From assembly GCA_010093705.1 (NCBI GenBank), contig MU006112.1:62001-126000 (forward strand): DNA of 64,000 nucleotides, written 5' to 3'. A program made the position numbers and the translations under genes. The DNA comes from Patellaria atrata CBS 101060. Lineage: Eukaryota. Shown one piece after another: positions 36,401 to 49,187 of the stretch; positions within the stretch are counted from its first letter, which is position 1, and each line of letters starts with the position of its first letter. Under the pieces are notes generated by a model, which did not search any database, had not been told where the DNA came from, and was given only the letters and a program-made list of their open reading frames with translations.

Positions 36401-37311
36401 GGAGTTGGAAGTACCTGCTGGGTGCAATTCACTAATTCAGCCCTAGCAGCTCAGGTACTAGAAATCAGGGCTGGATTAGGAATGAAGGAAACCCTAACTG
36501 AATTCACGATGCTGAAAGATGGGGCCGAAGTTGTGTCAGAATGGCCAAAACTCTGCGAGTGAACCAGCCGGTGTTGGCTATTCAGTGGAGTATGGATATC
36601 ACATCAACAAGTCCACCTCACTACCTCAGAACTAGTTGTATTGTACGATAAGGTACAGAGTCGGGTACCTTACTTGGGTTGTACGGTACGACATGAAAAC
36701 TAACGTAATCTGTAAGAGCAAAGTAATTCTCGTAAGCGCAGTTCTAGTGCACCGAATTTGACAGCACGTTGATGAAAAACCGTGCGGGTATCGGGTCTCG
36801 TGTTAAAACGTATAATAAACGGCTGTCACATCTCAAAACCTCTTTTCTCCGATAATTTGGTGTAACTACGGTAACTGATGATGACGAACAATTATCGCGT
36901 CTTCTTCCCGTATAAGCCACACAGTCAATATTTTGATACTTCAGCAGTTACCCGCTCGTCTACGGCTTTTTCGTCAGTTCTAGGGTAAGCCACATATGGA
37001 ACGTGAGAAGCACCGGCTAAGGGGGACGTGGAGTCGTAGCGAATTAGCGACCAATTCTCACCCTTACTACTGTACACTTGCACACGAGCCTTCATACTAA
37101 ATTCTACCCTGAACTCTTTGCTGCAGGCACCAAGGGCACGTCTTTCAGGGAGCCTTGCCCATCTTTGCTGTGCGCTGCAGAAAGAAGAACATCCCACAAC
37201 ACCGAAAGACAGGGGGCAAGTCTAACCTGAATAACTGGTACCATCCACCACCATCGACCGCTCACATCAACAACAAGAATTGCTATCATATTTGCCTTAC
37301 TATACTTTCAG

Positions 37312-37314
37312 TCT

Positions 37315-37346
<32 letters not shown>

Positions 37347-37369
37347 TTCTTTCTCTTCTTCTTTCTTCT
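37312..37369 (+). repeat. Imperfect (TTC)n microsatellite
   Basis: TCTTCTTCTTCCTCTTCTTCTTCTTCTTC... pyrimidine tract upstream of the MIT gene. Confidence 0.9.
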
Positions 37370-37756
37370 TTGGCATGCTTCATCCCTTTCATCTATCCTA
37401 AAGCGGATCTCCTGATTTGAATTGTTCCAAGTAAGGATTAGAGTAATCAAGGGGCTACTTGACCAGACCCGATCCAGACGGGACCCTCACGCGTCTTGGC
37501 ACTCCAAACGTCTTGTTCTTCGCATCCACAGACCACCTCCTAATCCCCAAACTCTAACCAACATTGCTGGAAACAAACCAAATTTCTCGTTGCTCACCCA
37601 ATTTCTGTGCATAGTCCACCCTCTCGGACTTTCGAGAAACCAGGCAGGCAGTATCGCCCGGATCAATCGCTGCATGAAGGGGGATATGCATCTTTTGAGT
37701 GCAGCTGCATAACCGGCCCTGCTGCCAACTGGCGGTCTGAAACCGCCCACAACATC

Positions 37757-40700
37757 ATGTTCAATGCCTCCGCATCAAAGCCTACTACTACCGTTGCTTC
37801 CTCGAACCATCGTTCGACGCGATCCAGTTCCATCTCGTCCTCGAGTGTGGTGACCGTGAAGAGATCCGCGTCGCTGAGTTCAACGGGACCCACAACCAGA
37901 CCCTCCACTGCACCCTTCCGCCCGCATAGTCCCACCGAGTCCCACGTCGATCCTGCGAACAAGTCTTCATTAAAGTCAAGAAGACGTTCAAGTGTTGCTC
38001 ATGTTGCCATTGGTGGGCTCAACGGTTTCCGGGAAGGCATTGGGAACCTCAATCGCTGGTCGCAGTCGACATCCTCAAGCAAGTCGTCCGCAAAGGATAA
38101 GGGTCATAGCCGACGAGAAAGTTTCTCGAGAAGGCTTAGCATAGGAGGAACTTCAAACTTCGCTCCGTTCAATGGGTCGTCCGCATTGCCGGCTTCTCCT
38201 TCGAAGAAGAATCCTAAGGACGTTCGGAAGTCGCCTACTGCAAGTCCGCAGAGACTACAACGTTCGCGGTCGCCTGGGGGTCCTCCTCCGAATCCACTGA
38301 CATCACTCCCTCCTCTGTCTACTCTACCTCTTCTCCCCGCCACCGTTTACGACGCCAACTCCCCCTCGACAGTCACAACTGCCGTCCATACACCCTCCAC
38401 CGCTGGGTTATACACACCCTCCACCCAGTCATCCCCCCAACCTGACTATTTCAGCACACGGCCATCAAGTTCACATAAAAGACCAATCACGAATTCGTCT
38501 AGACCTGCGCGTTCCCCTCTGGCCTCGCCACCGCTCGGCGAGGTCCAGAAGGGCCCCAAGCTAGGTGAACCTTTCAGACCATACTCAAGAGATGGAAGTA
38601 AGGAGTCCCCTAAGAGTAAATATAGGGAAAGGACAGGCGGATCTAGGGAAGACCGAAGTCACAGGACAGTTGGATCGAGAGAGGAACGGACTCATAGGGC
38701 TGCGGGCTCGAGAGAGGAACGTACTCATAAGGCCGCCGGATCTAGGGAGGAACGTAGTCATAGGACGCCCGAATCTCGAGAGGAACGTAATCATAGAGCG
38801 ACCGGATCTCGAGAAGAGCTGGAACACAGGAGAGATTGGAGTAACAGCGAAAACAGCCTGAAGCTTGATGATGGTAGGGGTCTCGGCACGCCACCACGGC
38901 AACGGGAACGGCGAGAGCGCAATGAACGGGACAAGAAGGGTATGCTGAGTAGGGCGCTCCAAAAAGCAAATACTGCAGTGCTTCTTGATAATGCCCAGAA
39001 TTTTGAAGGCGCAATGGAAGCGTATGAAGATGCTTGTAAGCTACTGAAACAAGTAATGGTAAGGAGTACGAGCGATGAGGATAAAAGAAAGCTCGAAAGC
39101 ATCGTGAGTCACCAGTTCTTTCCTTAGTAAATCTGATCCGCTGGAAAAAAAAAAAATAATATGTGTTCAATACTAATATTCAGCCCAGCGAATAACCTAT
39201 ACGTCACGAATACAGGAGCTTCGACAACTTGATCCGGAATATCAGCACGCGGAAGGGAAATCATTACCAGCTCGTCCAATGAGCCATGAGTCTACTTATA
39301 CCGAAACGCAGTCTATACTTCTTGATGCAGTATCAGATGAGGAAGCTGTTATTCAGACAGCAACAATCACGCGAATTGTAAATGACAAGCCACCCGACTC
39401 GCATGAAGATCAGCCGGAACCATTGCAATCTATGCTCGCTCCGATTCAGGTTCAAGGGCCCAGGGAATCTATCTTCACATCAACTATCCGAGCAGTAGAG
39501 ACAATGGCAACTCCTTCGACAACTGTGTCATCGACATTAAGGCCACCGGACATCGTAAGCTCATCCCATCTCACGGTAAACACCAGCCCATTGGAATCTC
39601 CCATGGATAGGGGATATATGCCGCCACCATTGTCTCCCCGGATCTTTAGACCTACAACGCCTTCACCGGCCGAATCAAGAACTAACCTTGACGAAGCTAT
39701 AACGCAGCAAGCTCCTCATCAAAGTGAGCCTGAACCGAATACGCAGGCTGGAAGCGAACAACAGCATGCAAGAATCAACAGTAGTGAGTCTATGTCATGG
39801 CTTGATACCATAGACGAATCTGGCAGTTCATGTTCTTCTGTTCACTCTGTAGTTTCAAAAAGGGGTATCCAAAGGAAACATTTGCGCGTGGATAGTGGAG
39901 ATACTGAAGCCGAATTCGATGCTGCTTTGGACGCCGCAGTTGAAGCTGCGTATGGTGATGAGCTCGAACCATATCTCGATGACGAGGAAGAACCACAGCT
40001 TAGCGGAGATTCTGTGGCAACCGCGTGGCGCCGAAACGTCGAATTAGCCAAAGAGAATGTACGTATAGTGGAGCGAGAAGAAGCTGTTAGAGCTGCACAG
40101 CACCGTGAACGAGAAAAGCTCCTACGTAACGAGCCTCTGCCGCATGTGCGCGACAGCGTAGATCTAGATTATCGAAGCGACGAGGCGGAAGATGAAGAGA
40201 GGCTCTTGGATGAGATGACCAAAGAGTACCTGATGGATGGGTTTGACTTTGGATTGCAGTCCAAATCCGCATTGCCCAGGCAATCAGACTCTAGCAATTA
40301 TTCAGGCTCTACTTGGAATAGCTCCATGTCGTCGAACCGCACAACAGCAGGGACTTCACTGTCCACTGTTGCAGAGATTCCTCATTCATCGAAGAGGACG
40401 TCGCAAGCACCCCTTCATCTACCTCCACCATTACCCCCGCCGACTACTGCTCTGCCTTCAGTTACTGAGGCGAAGACTACGTCTACGCATCCGGAACCAC
40501 TCGTCCAACCTCCAATCCCAGGCCCTAGAACTTCTTCCATCCCTCCAACTTCAGTACGGAATCGAAGACTGTCTGGTCAAAATCTGAAGCAGCTTAAGAT
40601 CGAAACATCCTCCCTCGGACAACCACCTCAACCAGCGCCCCTCACACAACAACCAGGTCGAAATGCATTTACATCCCTAAAGGCTGAAGTCCCCCAAATT

Positions 40701-42174
40701 CCAAAATCGGCTCATCCTGACCTAGGAGCGAGCAGTCTACCTCCCGATTCAATGTTTAAAGTACCTGGAGCTCCGGCCTCCCAAACCCATACGAATCAAC
40801 CAGGTTCAGCACCTCCAACAATGAGCCCGCCAGAAACATCCATATCACCCGCTACACCCTTCCTTTCTCAATTAACAAAGGTAAACTCGAACGACAGCAA
40901 CTTAGCGCCACCGTCACCAGGTGGATCTCGATTTCCTAGTAAATTTTCGGCAAGTGGGCTTCGCAAAAACAAGTCTTCGCTTAGCCTGAAGAATCGTACC
41001 CTCTCGATTTCAAGTCCCGAGGGGTCTGAAGCTTCTGTCGGCACTCCTATGAGTACAACCTTTACCTTCTCTACTGTCCGCAAAAGCTCTTCAGCGGGCC
41101 TTGCTGCACCAACACCATCTGTACCCGCGTTCCAAATTGATGGTGTGCCCGTTGGTGGACTTCATCTCTTTGAGTCGGATATTCATTCCCCGTATTCTCC
41201 AGGTTCACCCAACCCTCTTGCTGTCGATGCTCCCATTCCCCTTGAGCCGTGCCCGGAATCCTATCTACTTCGCCCTTTCTGGCTCATGCGCTGCTTCTAT
41301 CAGACGCTTGCACACCCGCGTGGTGGTTATATTACCACCAAACAGTTCATACCACGAGATGTTTGGACTGTGAAAGGTGTGAAGATCAAGGCGCAAGAGG
41401 AGAAGATCGCGAACTGTGACTTGCTCTCTGCAGCATTGGGGCGTCTAGCGAATGTAGACACTTTCGATGCAGATGCAGTCCTTGAGGAAATGCAGGCCCT
41501 CGAACTGGTTCTGGACCAAGTGCAAGCGACCTTAAATAGGAAGTTAGGCTCCGAAGTGGGCGTACACAGCATAGGAAACCTGTTCAAGGACGCTCCAAGT
41601 AGCATGAGCCCAGATGGAGACAAAATCCTTGAACCCAAGAGTGCTGTCAGCACAAGCAAGAGCTATCTCTCTTCCTGGCGTAAATTACGCAGCAAGAACT
41701 CTGCGGTGGGACTTAGCAGCATCGGCGCACATATGGCATCGGTTGCTAATTCGGCTCCACGGGAACAACCGACGTTGGAGACACTGCCCATGACGAACTT
41801 GCCGAATGTGCGGTTTGCGAAACGGGATGTGAATAGTCTACGCTTTGAAGGGCCGAATGCGGCATATATGGCATCGCTCGCCAAACTTTTCGATGCGGTG
41901 CAAGTGCTCGGTAAGTCCCGTCCATCATTGTTCGAGTTATACCCTTATTCATCACCGTGTTACTAACTCGATGTCTCTGCTATTAGACCAAATCGCCCGC
42001 CAAGTCGAAGATCCGGGACTCAAACACAGCTCACCAACCCACGTCGGCCTCGAACTGTCCACCCGGCACGCGGCCGAGTTCTTCGGCTTCTATGTCTGCA
42101 GATTCGTCATCACGGATGTCGGGTTGATGCTGGACAAGTTCATCAAAAGGGGCAGCGAGTGGGTTTTGGTGTAA
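37757..42174 (+). CDS. Large MIT-domain-containing protein
   Basis: Exons 37757-39103, 39189-41910, 41987-42174. MIT domain (MLSRALQKANTAVLLDNAQNFEGAMEAYEDAC.LL..V.....DK.KL..IR.TY..RI.EL). Conserved C-terminal RPFWLMR..HP.GGYIT block. Confidence 0.9.
38639..38836 (+). repeat. Coding minisatellite, 6 x 33 nt (GSREERxHRxx)
   Basis: GSREDRSHRTV-GSREERTHRAA-GSREERTHKAA-GSREERSHRTP-ESREERNHRAT-GSREELEHRRD. Confidence 0.92.
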
Positions 42175-43092
42175 CCCGTGTATTACCACAGTACTGGTGT
42201 TATTCGTGTGCTAATCTGTTCCTCGGTGGAAGATACGTGTTAAATGATCAAAGATGGAGGATGTTTTGGAGAGGGGTGAGGAGTTAGGTTGGGTGGATTG
42301 ATCATGGTACGGTTAACCCCTTCGCTCGGCCTGAATGCACCGAAATACCAGAGAAACACAACCTGAAGCGTCCAATTATTTTTATCCAACCATGACGATA
42401 GCCTGGGATATCTGTCTCGACTTCGATGTATCATATTATCTTCGAGGTCAGCGGCGATCGGAATATCCTTATCCAATATAACAACGCTTGGTCATCCCCT
42501 TCCCTCGACGTCCATCATGTCGTCAGGGCAACGAGGAGCACTCGCCATGTCACAACTTTCATCATCTAGCAACCATTTACACCATCACATACTCTACTCA
42601 TCTCACACCAACCCATCATCAATTTTACTTACATATTTCCCAGGCGTTTTGTTTTCCGACGGTATTCCTCGGGCGGCTGGACGTTCGGAGCCGTCTTTGT
42701 CTAAGGTACCTTTCTATGTTCGCTCTATCTCGTTGTCGGATCTGAGGCAGGAATGGGTTTTTCTGGGCTATGAATGGGGGTCCGAGGGCGGATTGACGGG
42801 ACGGAAGGTGGGATGACACCTTCCTGTCTGTTTCTTACCTCACCCTCACTGCTACGATCCTCTTTTCCTTTCATGTATTACGTCTGTTTTTGTCCAATTC
42901 AAGGACTTGGTTCCTGAGTATATTGACTTTTTAACCCGATAACGTTTTATCATATGTTCCTTTTGCTGTTACAATTCCCGATATGGATGTGGGGGAGGGC
43001 GTGTCATTTACGGAGGTTATCTATCCGAATCATAGCGTGCGATGGTGTTTACGTCGCGCATATAAGTCGTTTTCAAAGCTATCTAGACGCAC

Positions 43093-43122
43093 GAATCTGA
43101 ATCTGAATCTGAATTTGAATTG
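43093..43122 (+). repeat. (GAATCT)n hexamer repeat
   Basis: GAATCT x3, then GAATTT and GAATTG. Confidence 0.8.
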
Positions 43123-43261
43123 ATCGTCTACTCATGGTCCTCGGCCTTTGAATACCTTTACAATCTGGACAGCGTTGATGATCACCCCTTTTGATACACC
43201 CGATAGGTCTCCGTCTGAAGTAAAACCGCTAGCAACATCCTCACCAACTACAGCATATACT

Positions 43262-44211
43262 CTACAATGTGAGACTTCTCTGGATCTTGTCGAATCGCTT
43301 CTTCTCATCGAGTTCAACACGCATCAATGTGCGCTTTCCAGGATAGTTCATCGGCCTATCCCATGCAGTTTGAGCATCGGTCAGAGATGAAACGGCGCGG
43401 ATCGTGCGGATAGTTGCGGTTTGCGAGATGAGTCCACGGCGACGGAGGGTGGAGCCGTAGTTCTGGAGAATCTCTCAGTTAAGGGTTACATTTGGTAAAT
43501 GGGATGGGTAGGACGTACGTGCACGGCGGTGCTCAATCCTCGTAGGTTTTGGAAGACGGTCCAGTTCTCCTCGTCGTGCCAGGTTTGGCCTCTGGCTTTG
43601 ACGGCTGCGGCGAGGGAGGAGATTTCGTCGACGTACTGGGTGAGGATTAGTTTTGTAGGTGACATGATTGGATGGCTGGTGGAGGAGTTATTGTAAGACT
43701 GGTAAGGGATGAAAATACTTACTGGTAAGTAATCACCGTCTAAAGGAATTGATGTCTCGGCGACGAATGCAGCCTAAAATCCCCAGTCGTCAGTATGTCC
43801 AAGCATCTGGAACGGTAGTGCAAAGGGGGTCGAGTTCATCTCACCTGATTGTCAACCAAGCCAGCCATCGAAACATTAATCGCATACGTGATGTTCGACA
43901 GAAGCTCAGCTGTGGTCTACACGCAACACGCCAAACAAAACATCGTCAGCTTGCTAACTCATCCCCTCCACGAGATAATTTTGCATATTCAGAAAGGAAC
44001 GGGGTCTTACAGCGGTCATGACAGGAGCAGATGGCGACGTGATGTTGTCGTACGCCACCACGTCCGTCAGGTTCAGCGACGCGAGGATCTGCGCTTCGGC
44101 GGCTTCCATCATCGATTGCATCTTTCCCATGTCGGAGGCGCCGGCGGATTGTGCGAGGATGGACAGGGGGAGGATGCTCAGGGTGAGGATCCAGGCAAAG
44201 AAAGGGATCAT
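43262..44211 (-). CDS. Orphan secreted protein, about 213 aa, Cys-free, five exons
   Basis: Exons 44211-44011, 43916-43845, 43773-43723, 43635-43519, 43462-43262. All four introns are phase 0 with canonical donors/acceptors and give one open frame. Signal peptide MIPFFAWILTLSILPLSILA. Confidence 0.8.
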
Positions 44212-44636
44212 GGTGGGCTGTTTTGTCTGAGTTCTTTGAAGGATAGTGATAGTAGATGGATACGGTATGAAGGGAATGGAATGGATGATAGTGGAGGTTG
44301 TAGTTGTATAGTGTATGGTGTACGGTGAGGAAATACTTTGACGGAGGAGATTTTGAATTGAGGAATCGGGTGGAAAATCTACCGGAGATCTTTCCTGGAA
44401 ATCTTCGCGTCGTGGTATAACGTACGATGTCGAGACTGGAAAGAGCTCTTGGGTGATATGCGGAATAAGGTAGGAGAGAACGGATGAGTCACTTCTGGAT
44501 TAGGGGTTCTTCCGAATTAGGAAGTGGTGAGAGGGAGCCCTCGGACGTCGGCGTGGATATGATTCCGCCTTGTTCGACAGCGAGTTGCGGAATTACAGTA
44601 CCTTAGTTATAGGGTATCCTTTAGGATGATCTATTG

Positions 44637-45838
44637 CTATCGATGAACCACTATTGTCTCGTCACTCCCGCGAGGGTCAAAGTAACCATTTACACAACCA
44701 AGTTCTCCACGCTCTTTTCTGGCCTGTATATCCTCTTCAATGCTACTAAGGGCCTGTTTTCTTACCTTCGAAGGCGTGGTCGCATAACCTTCGATATCCA
44801 TGGCAACTCTAAACTCCACTTCGTCTTTCTTTCCATTCAGCAAGTCCGCGTCTCGATCCCAATTGAACATCCGGCTCTCTAATCCACCGAATGGGCTATA
44901 AGGTTTCAAACCTATAAAAGCAACATCGTCCTCTCCATATTCGGTAGTAATCCGGGCAACATCAAACGCGAAGCCTCTACGCTTGATATTTTCGTCCATC
45001 GTACGATGATTAATAATCTTCTTGTGTAAAAGCTCACACTTTGCGAGCGCCGCAGAAGCCACCTTTTCTGCTGACTCGACCTCATCGTGATACCAGGGCA
45101 GGTACCATGGGTCCTGACTTACGCCGACGATCTTCCCGGTCCTAGGGGCACAGAAGACGCGAAGCCTTGCGGTGCGTAGACGCGGGTCCCAGGGCATAAG
45201 AATGATGTTCACGGGTAAATTTGCAGCGAGGAGACTTGCAATGGCCCATTGCGCCCTGGGGGATGTCACTAGACGTGTCCAAATCTGCTCAGCTGAGGTA
45301 AGGGGTAGGAAGCCTAGGTCAGGAGGATGCGATTTGATAAGGTAGCGGCGCGCATCAGAGCAGGAGCAGATTGAGAGACGGAGGTAGTAGCGTTGACCCT
45401 TGCCGAAGAGTGTGTGGATGGGGATTCCAGCTGTTGTATAAGTTGGAGCGGAGGTAACAAGATCGCTAATGTGAGACACAGGGTTAATTGTGCGTGTCTT
45501 GATTGCTAAGAAGGTTAGCTGTGTAATGGAAAGGGGAGAAAGGGCAACAAAGTACATGAGCGGCCGACGTATCGAAGTTGTTTGCAATAGGAAGTAGGGA
45601 GGTGTATTTGATAGATGTCTTCGGCTCTTAGGCCGCGGGAGGATCGGATCAGATCGAACCAGGAGTCAATTGGAATATGACTGGACAGGATATCGTGAGT
45701 ATTTGGGGGGATATTGTGGTTGTTGAATGAGCTTTCCAAGATGGTATTGTATTCTTGCTGCTCTCTTCCCTCGGCTTCTGCCACTTGTAGGACTTTGCTG
45801 ACATGTGAGATAGGGATGATATTGAGTTTCATATTCAT
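44637..45838 (-). CDS. Cdc123/R2K-like ATP-grasp-fold protein with degenerate active-site motifs
   Basis: Exons 45838-45556 and 45505-44637. YLRL..CS..D, TS.RA, LMPW, RVF, VSQ..W, FAFDV, S.MFNW..D..LL.G and EFRV motifs in the expected order. Confidence 0.7.
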
Positions 45839-46359
45839 CTTATGACTTCAAAGGAATGAGGATATGAGGTTGTACATAAAGGAAAGATTGCTTGGGAATA
45901 GATCATTGTTAAGAAATGCACTTAGAAGGCAAACATGTGATCATATCCGAGAAAACCATTGGCAATAGACGTTTAGTGAGTCTGACGTAATAGAAGGGAA
46001 AGCATGATGGAGCGAGTAAAACGGAATGTAGGTTTGACACGGGGAGAATTATTTGTTAATTTGATTCTTTGTCTGGATTCGATATGGTTTTATGGCTGCA
46101 AGCAAAGGAGGTGACAGTTTACTCGAAGATCTCTTTCGGACCGTGTTCGGTCAGAGCAATCACTAATAACCGAATACAAGCTACCGTGATACCATGTGCG
46201 AACGTGAGCTCCGTCGGGTAGCTAATTGATTGTCACCAGAGCAAAGTGTTGATAGGAATCAAAGAGATAGCGGGCATTGACGTAGACTCTGTTTCCTTTT
46301 CAGCCATTACTTCCACCACGGCTCATTGACGCTAAACATTTCCCTCAACTTATCCAAAG

Positions 46360-46989
46360 ATGCCACAACAACCTCGCATCATTGAGACCTCCGACCTTTC
46401 GACCTCTGAAGCCAGATGGGTGTCGCTTCAGAAGATTGATTACATCGATCAAGATGGTACAAAACGTACATGGGAGGTTGCATCGCGTAAAACCCGGGGC
46501 GCGTCAGGTATCGACGCGGTAGCGATTGGCACAATCCTCTTACATCCCTCTCGCCCACCATCAACTATCCTCGTTCTTCAATATCGTCCGCCTGTCGATG
46601 CTACAACAGTAGAATGGCCCGCTGGTCTTATCGACGCCACCGAAACGCCCGAACAAGCTGCTATAAGGGAACTGAAAGAGGAGACAGGTTATGAGGGCCA
46701 TATTTTGAGTGTCAGTCCGACAATCTCAAGCGATCCTGGCATGACTTCAGCGAACATGCAACTGGCTATGGTACAAGTGGAACTCAAGGAAAGGGATAAA
46801 GCGCCGGAGCAGATGTTAGATGAAGGCGAGCATATTCAGCTGGTAATCGTGCCATTAGAAGAGCTTTATGAGAAATTACTCAGTTACTCGAAACAAGAGG
46901 GCATGTTAATTTCGGCGAAATTGTTCCACTGGGCTGCTGGATTACACTTTGCAAAGAATACACTAGGAACCCTCAAAGCAGATTCTTGA
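46360..46989 (+). CDS. Nudix hydrolase, ADP-ribose pyrophosphatase (Ysa1/NUDT5-like)
   Basis: Nudix box PAGLID..ETPEQAAIRELKEETGY, QYRPP, DPG and LDEGE.I motifs. Intronless. Confidence 0.92.
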   Translation: MPQQPRIIETSDLSTSEARWVSLQKIDYIDQDGTKRTWEVASRKTRGASGIDAVAIGTILLHPSRPPSTILVLQYRPPVDATTVEWPAGLIDATETPEQAAIRELKEETGYEGHILSVSPTISSDPGMTSANMQLAMVQVELKERDKAPEQMLDEGEHIQLVIVPLEELYEKLLSYSKQEGMLISAKLFHWAAGLHFAKNTLGTLKADS

Positions 46990-47870
46990 CGAGCGAACTG
47001 TCTACAACATCGTCAACCTGTGTCGTTGGAGTTGAGCCTTGATCGGTGAGCACTAGTGATAGGACATCTCTATACGTACAGAACTCATACAATATATCAT
47101 TGAGGAAGCGATGTACGATCTCATAGGCAAATGAACATAGTGCATGATATCTATCATCTTTCCTTCGGCCGCTGATTAGAGTCTTACTTATCATATTAAG
47201 GTCTTTCTCACTTGTATGTGGTAAGTTTTCTCTTAACTTTCAGCTATGGCTCTTATTTTCTTTCTCACTTTTCCTTTTCTTCTTCTTCCTATCTCCCCTC
47301 ACGATTACCTGCTTTCCTCTTCTCTTAAGGTCATGATTTCTAAGTTTCTTTCAAGATGTTATAGAGTGTTTTGCATATATGATACAGCATTCGACCTATC
47401 TCAAACCAGTTTGACATTCTTGGGTTTACTCTTCTACCATGACATGAACCCCATGTCTTTTTATTCTCTTGTGTATATTGCACCGCTTTATACAATCGCA
47501 CTCTCTATGATCTCTTATGCGAGAGTCATGTATTAGACCTATCTACAAGATCTTTGTACAAACCTTTAGATAATGCGATGATAACATGAACCGCAATCTG
47601 AATAGCTCTCCTACGCTGGATCAGTGATGCGAGACAAAGCTACAAACCCTAATGAACCGCACCAAGTGATAGTGATGTGTGTCTCTAGGAGACAAAGATA
47701 TTCAATACCACACCGAGTAACTCGGTAAGGTAGTCAGGATCGTGAAAGGCTGGAAGTAGTGAAGTGTGTCTTCCGCATGACTGCTATCATTGGTCATGTG
47801 TTTCAGATGCCTTTTCGTGCCTGGATAGAAGGTTGGGCACGCTGTGGAGCTTGGCTGCATCGTGAATCTA

Positions 47871-47910
47871 GACGACTATGGACGACTATGGACGATAATG
47901 GACGATAATA
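47871..47910 (+). repeat. 4 x 10-nt tandem repeat
   Basis: GACGACTATG GACGACTATG GACGATAATG GACGATAATA. Confidence 0.9.
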
Positions 47911-49187
47911 AGTGTAAGTCTGCAACACCTATCTTTAGTCTACGGATAAAGACAATTTCAAGAATGAGGAGTTGCAACGTGACCAAAGAGGATTATTGAA
48001 GCTTCGTTGGACTGCAAAAGTAAAGTTTTTGCTAAGGTCAAGATGTTGCCATGATTGCTTTTTGTCTAGTCTCCCTTCTACGCAAGGGGCGTCAAACTTC
48101 GGCGTGGGTTCATCCAATTCTTCCTTTTCCCACATCACATTTGGATACCATTCCGCCATGCCATCACGCTGAACTATTTGTTAATAAAAGTGTCCTCGTG
48201 AGCCATGCATTATCTCGAAAGAATGCATCCTCGTCCATCATCTTCCCGAATGAGGCTTATCGCCTTACCGAGTTTGGGTTTGCATAGATGGTGATCGGGT
48301 GCGAATGCCGTCCTATCGCTACGGTGTGCTTCAAAAATGCTGCAATCACAGTCGCCCAGCAAACATCCAAGCAATTAGCAACGACTTGATGCTGTACTTG
48401 CATACGCCCTCCGCGGCTTTGAGTCGTGGCGCCAGATGACTTTCAGTAACTGAGATCTAGGGTATGAGGCGTGAGTGTACGGTATGTTGTCGCCAGTACA
48501 GACCTGCCTGACACATCTCTTGTGAGGATGAGGTTTTACATGTGAATATGACGTTCTGGCTATGTCTCTTTAATGGCTGCCTCACTCTTTACAAGTACTC
48601 TATACTCTTCCTTTATTTATGCTATTGTCTCAGGGTTCGCTGGCATTTTAAAATATTTCCATCTCATATTCGAACAAAGACCGCACGAACTCCGTCTTCT
48701 AGACCCACCTAACTTGGCGGTGAAAGAGGGTGGGAGCAATAGCGCCTCTCTTTTCCTAATCGTGCATAAACCTCGTCAACATTATTGTTGTCGAATAAAA
48801 TCAACGTTCGTTTGTCAATTCCCTAAAGAGTGTGCTCTTTTGATTGGTTCTCTCCTACGGACAATACATCTCGCCACTTTCGTCCATTCTGTACATCAAC
48901 CTCAACTCACCCCCAAGACTACAACTTCCCCGGTTTGTCTCTTTTTCACCTGACCCTTGAACGACGTATCGCTCCCCTCATTCAAATCTATCTTGTCGAA
49001 AGAGCTCAATTGCCTGAACCACACAATGTGTGTCGTGCTATTGACTAATTCCGAAGGTATACCCGTAATCGGAGATCGACATGAAGTACATTGTGCTTAA
49101 CTGCTCGCAGGCATAAAAGGCATAGAGATATAATTGTATATCTCATCTTGTCATCGTCTAACCAAACATTGTCCGACGAACATCGTT

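Noticed and set aside
37607..37756. GTG-initiated N-terminal extension of the MIT protein
   Set aside because: GTAAGG (37430), CTAAC (37554) and TAG (about 37612) suggest a 5'-UTR intron covering the GTG; ATG 37757 has a good context.
42520..42545. CAGG...AGCA resembling SRP RNA helix 8
   Set aside because: The intervening bases do not form the GNRA-capped stem, and no Alu domain or Pol III terminator was seen.
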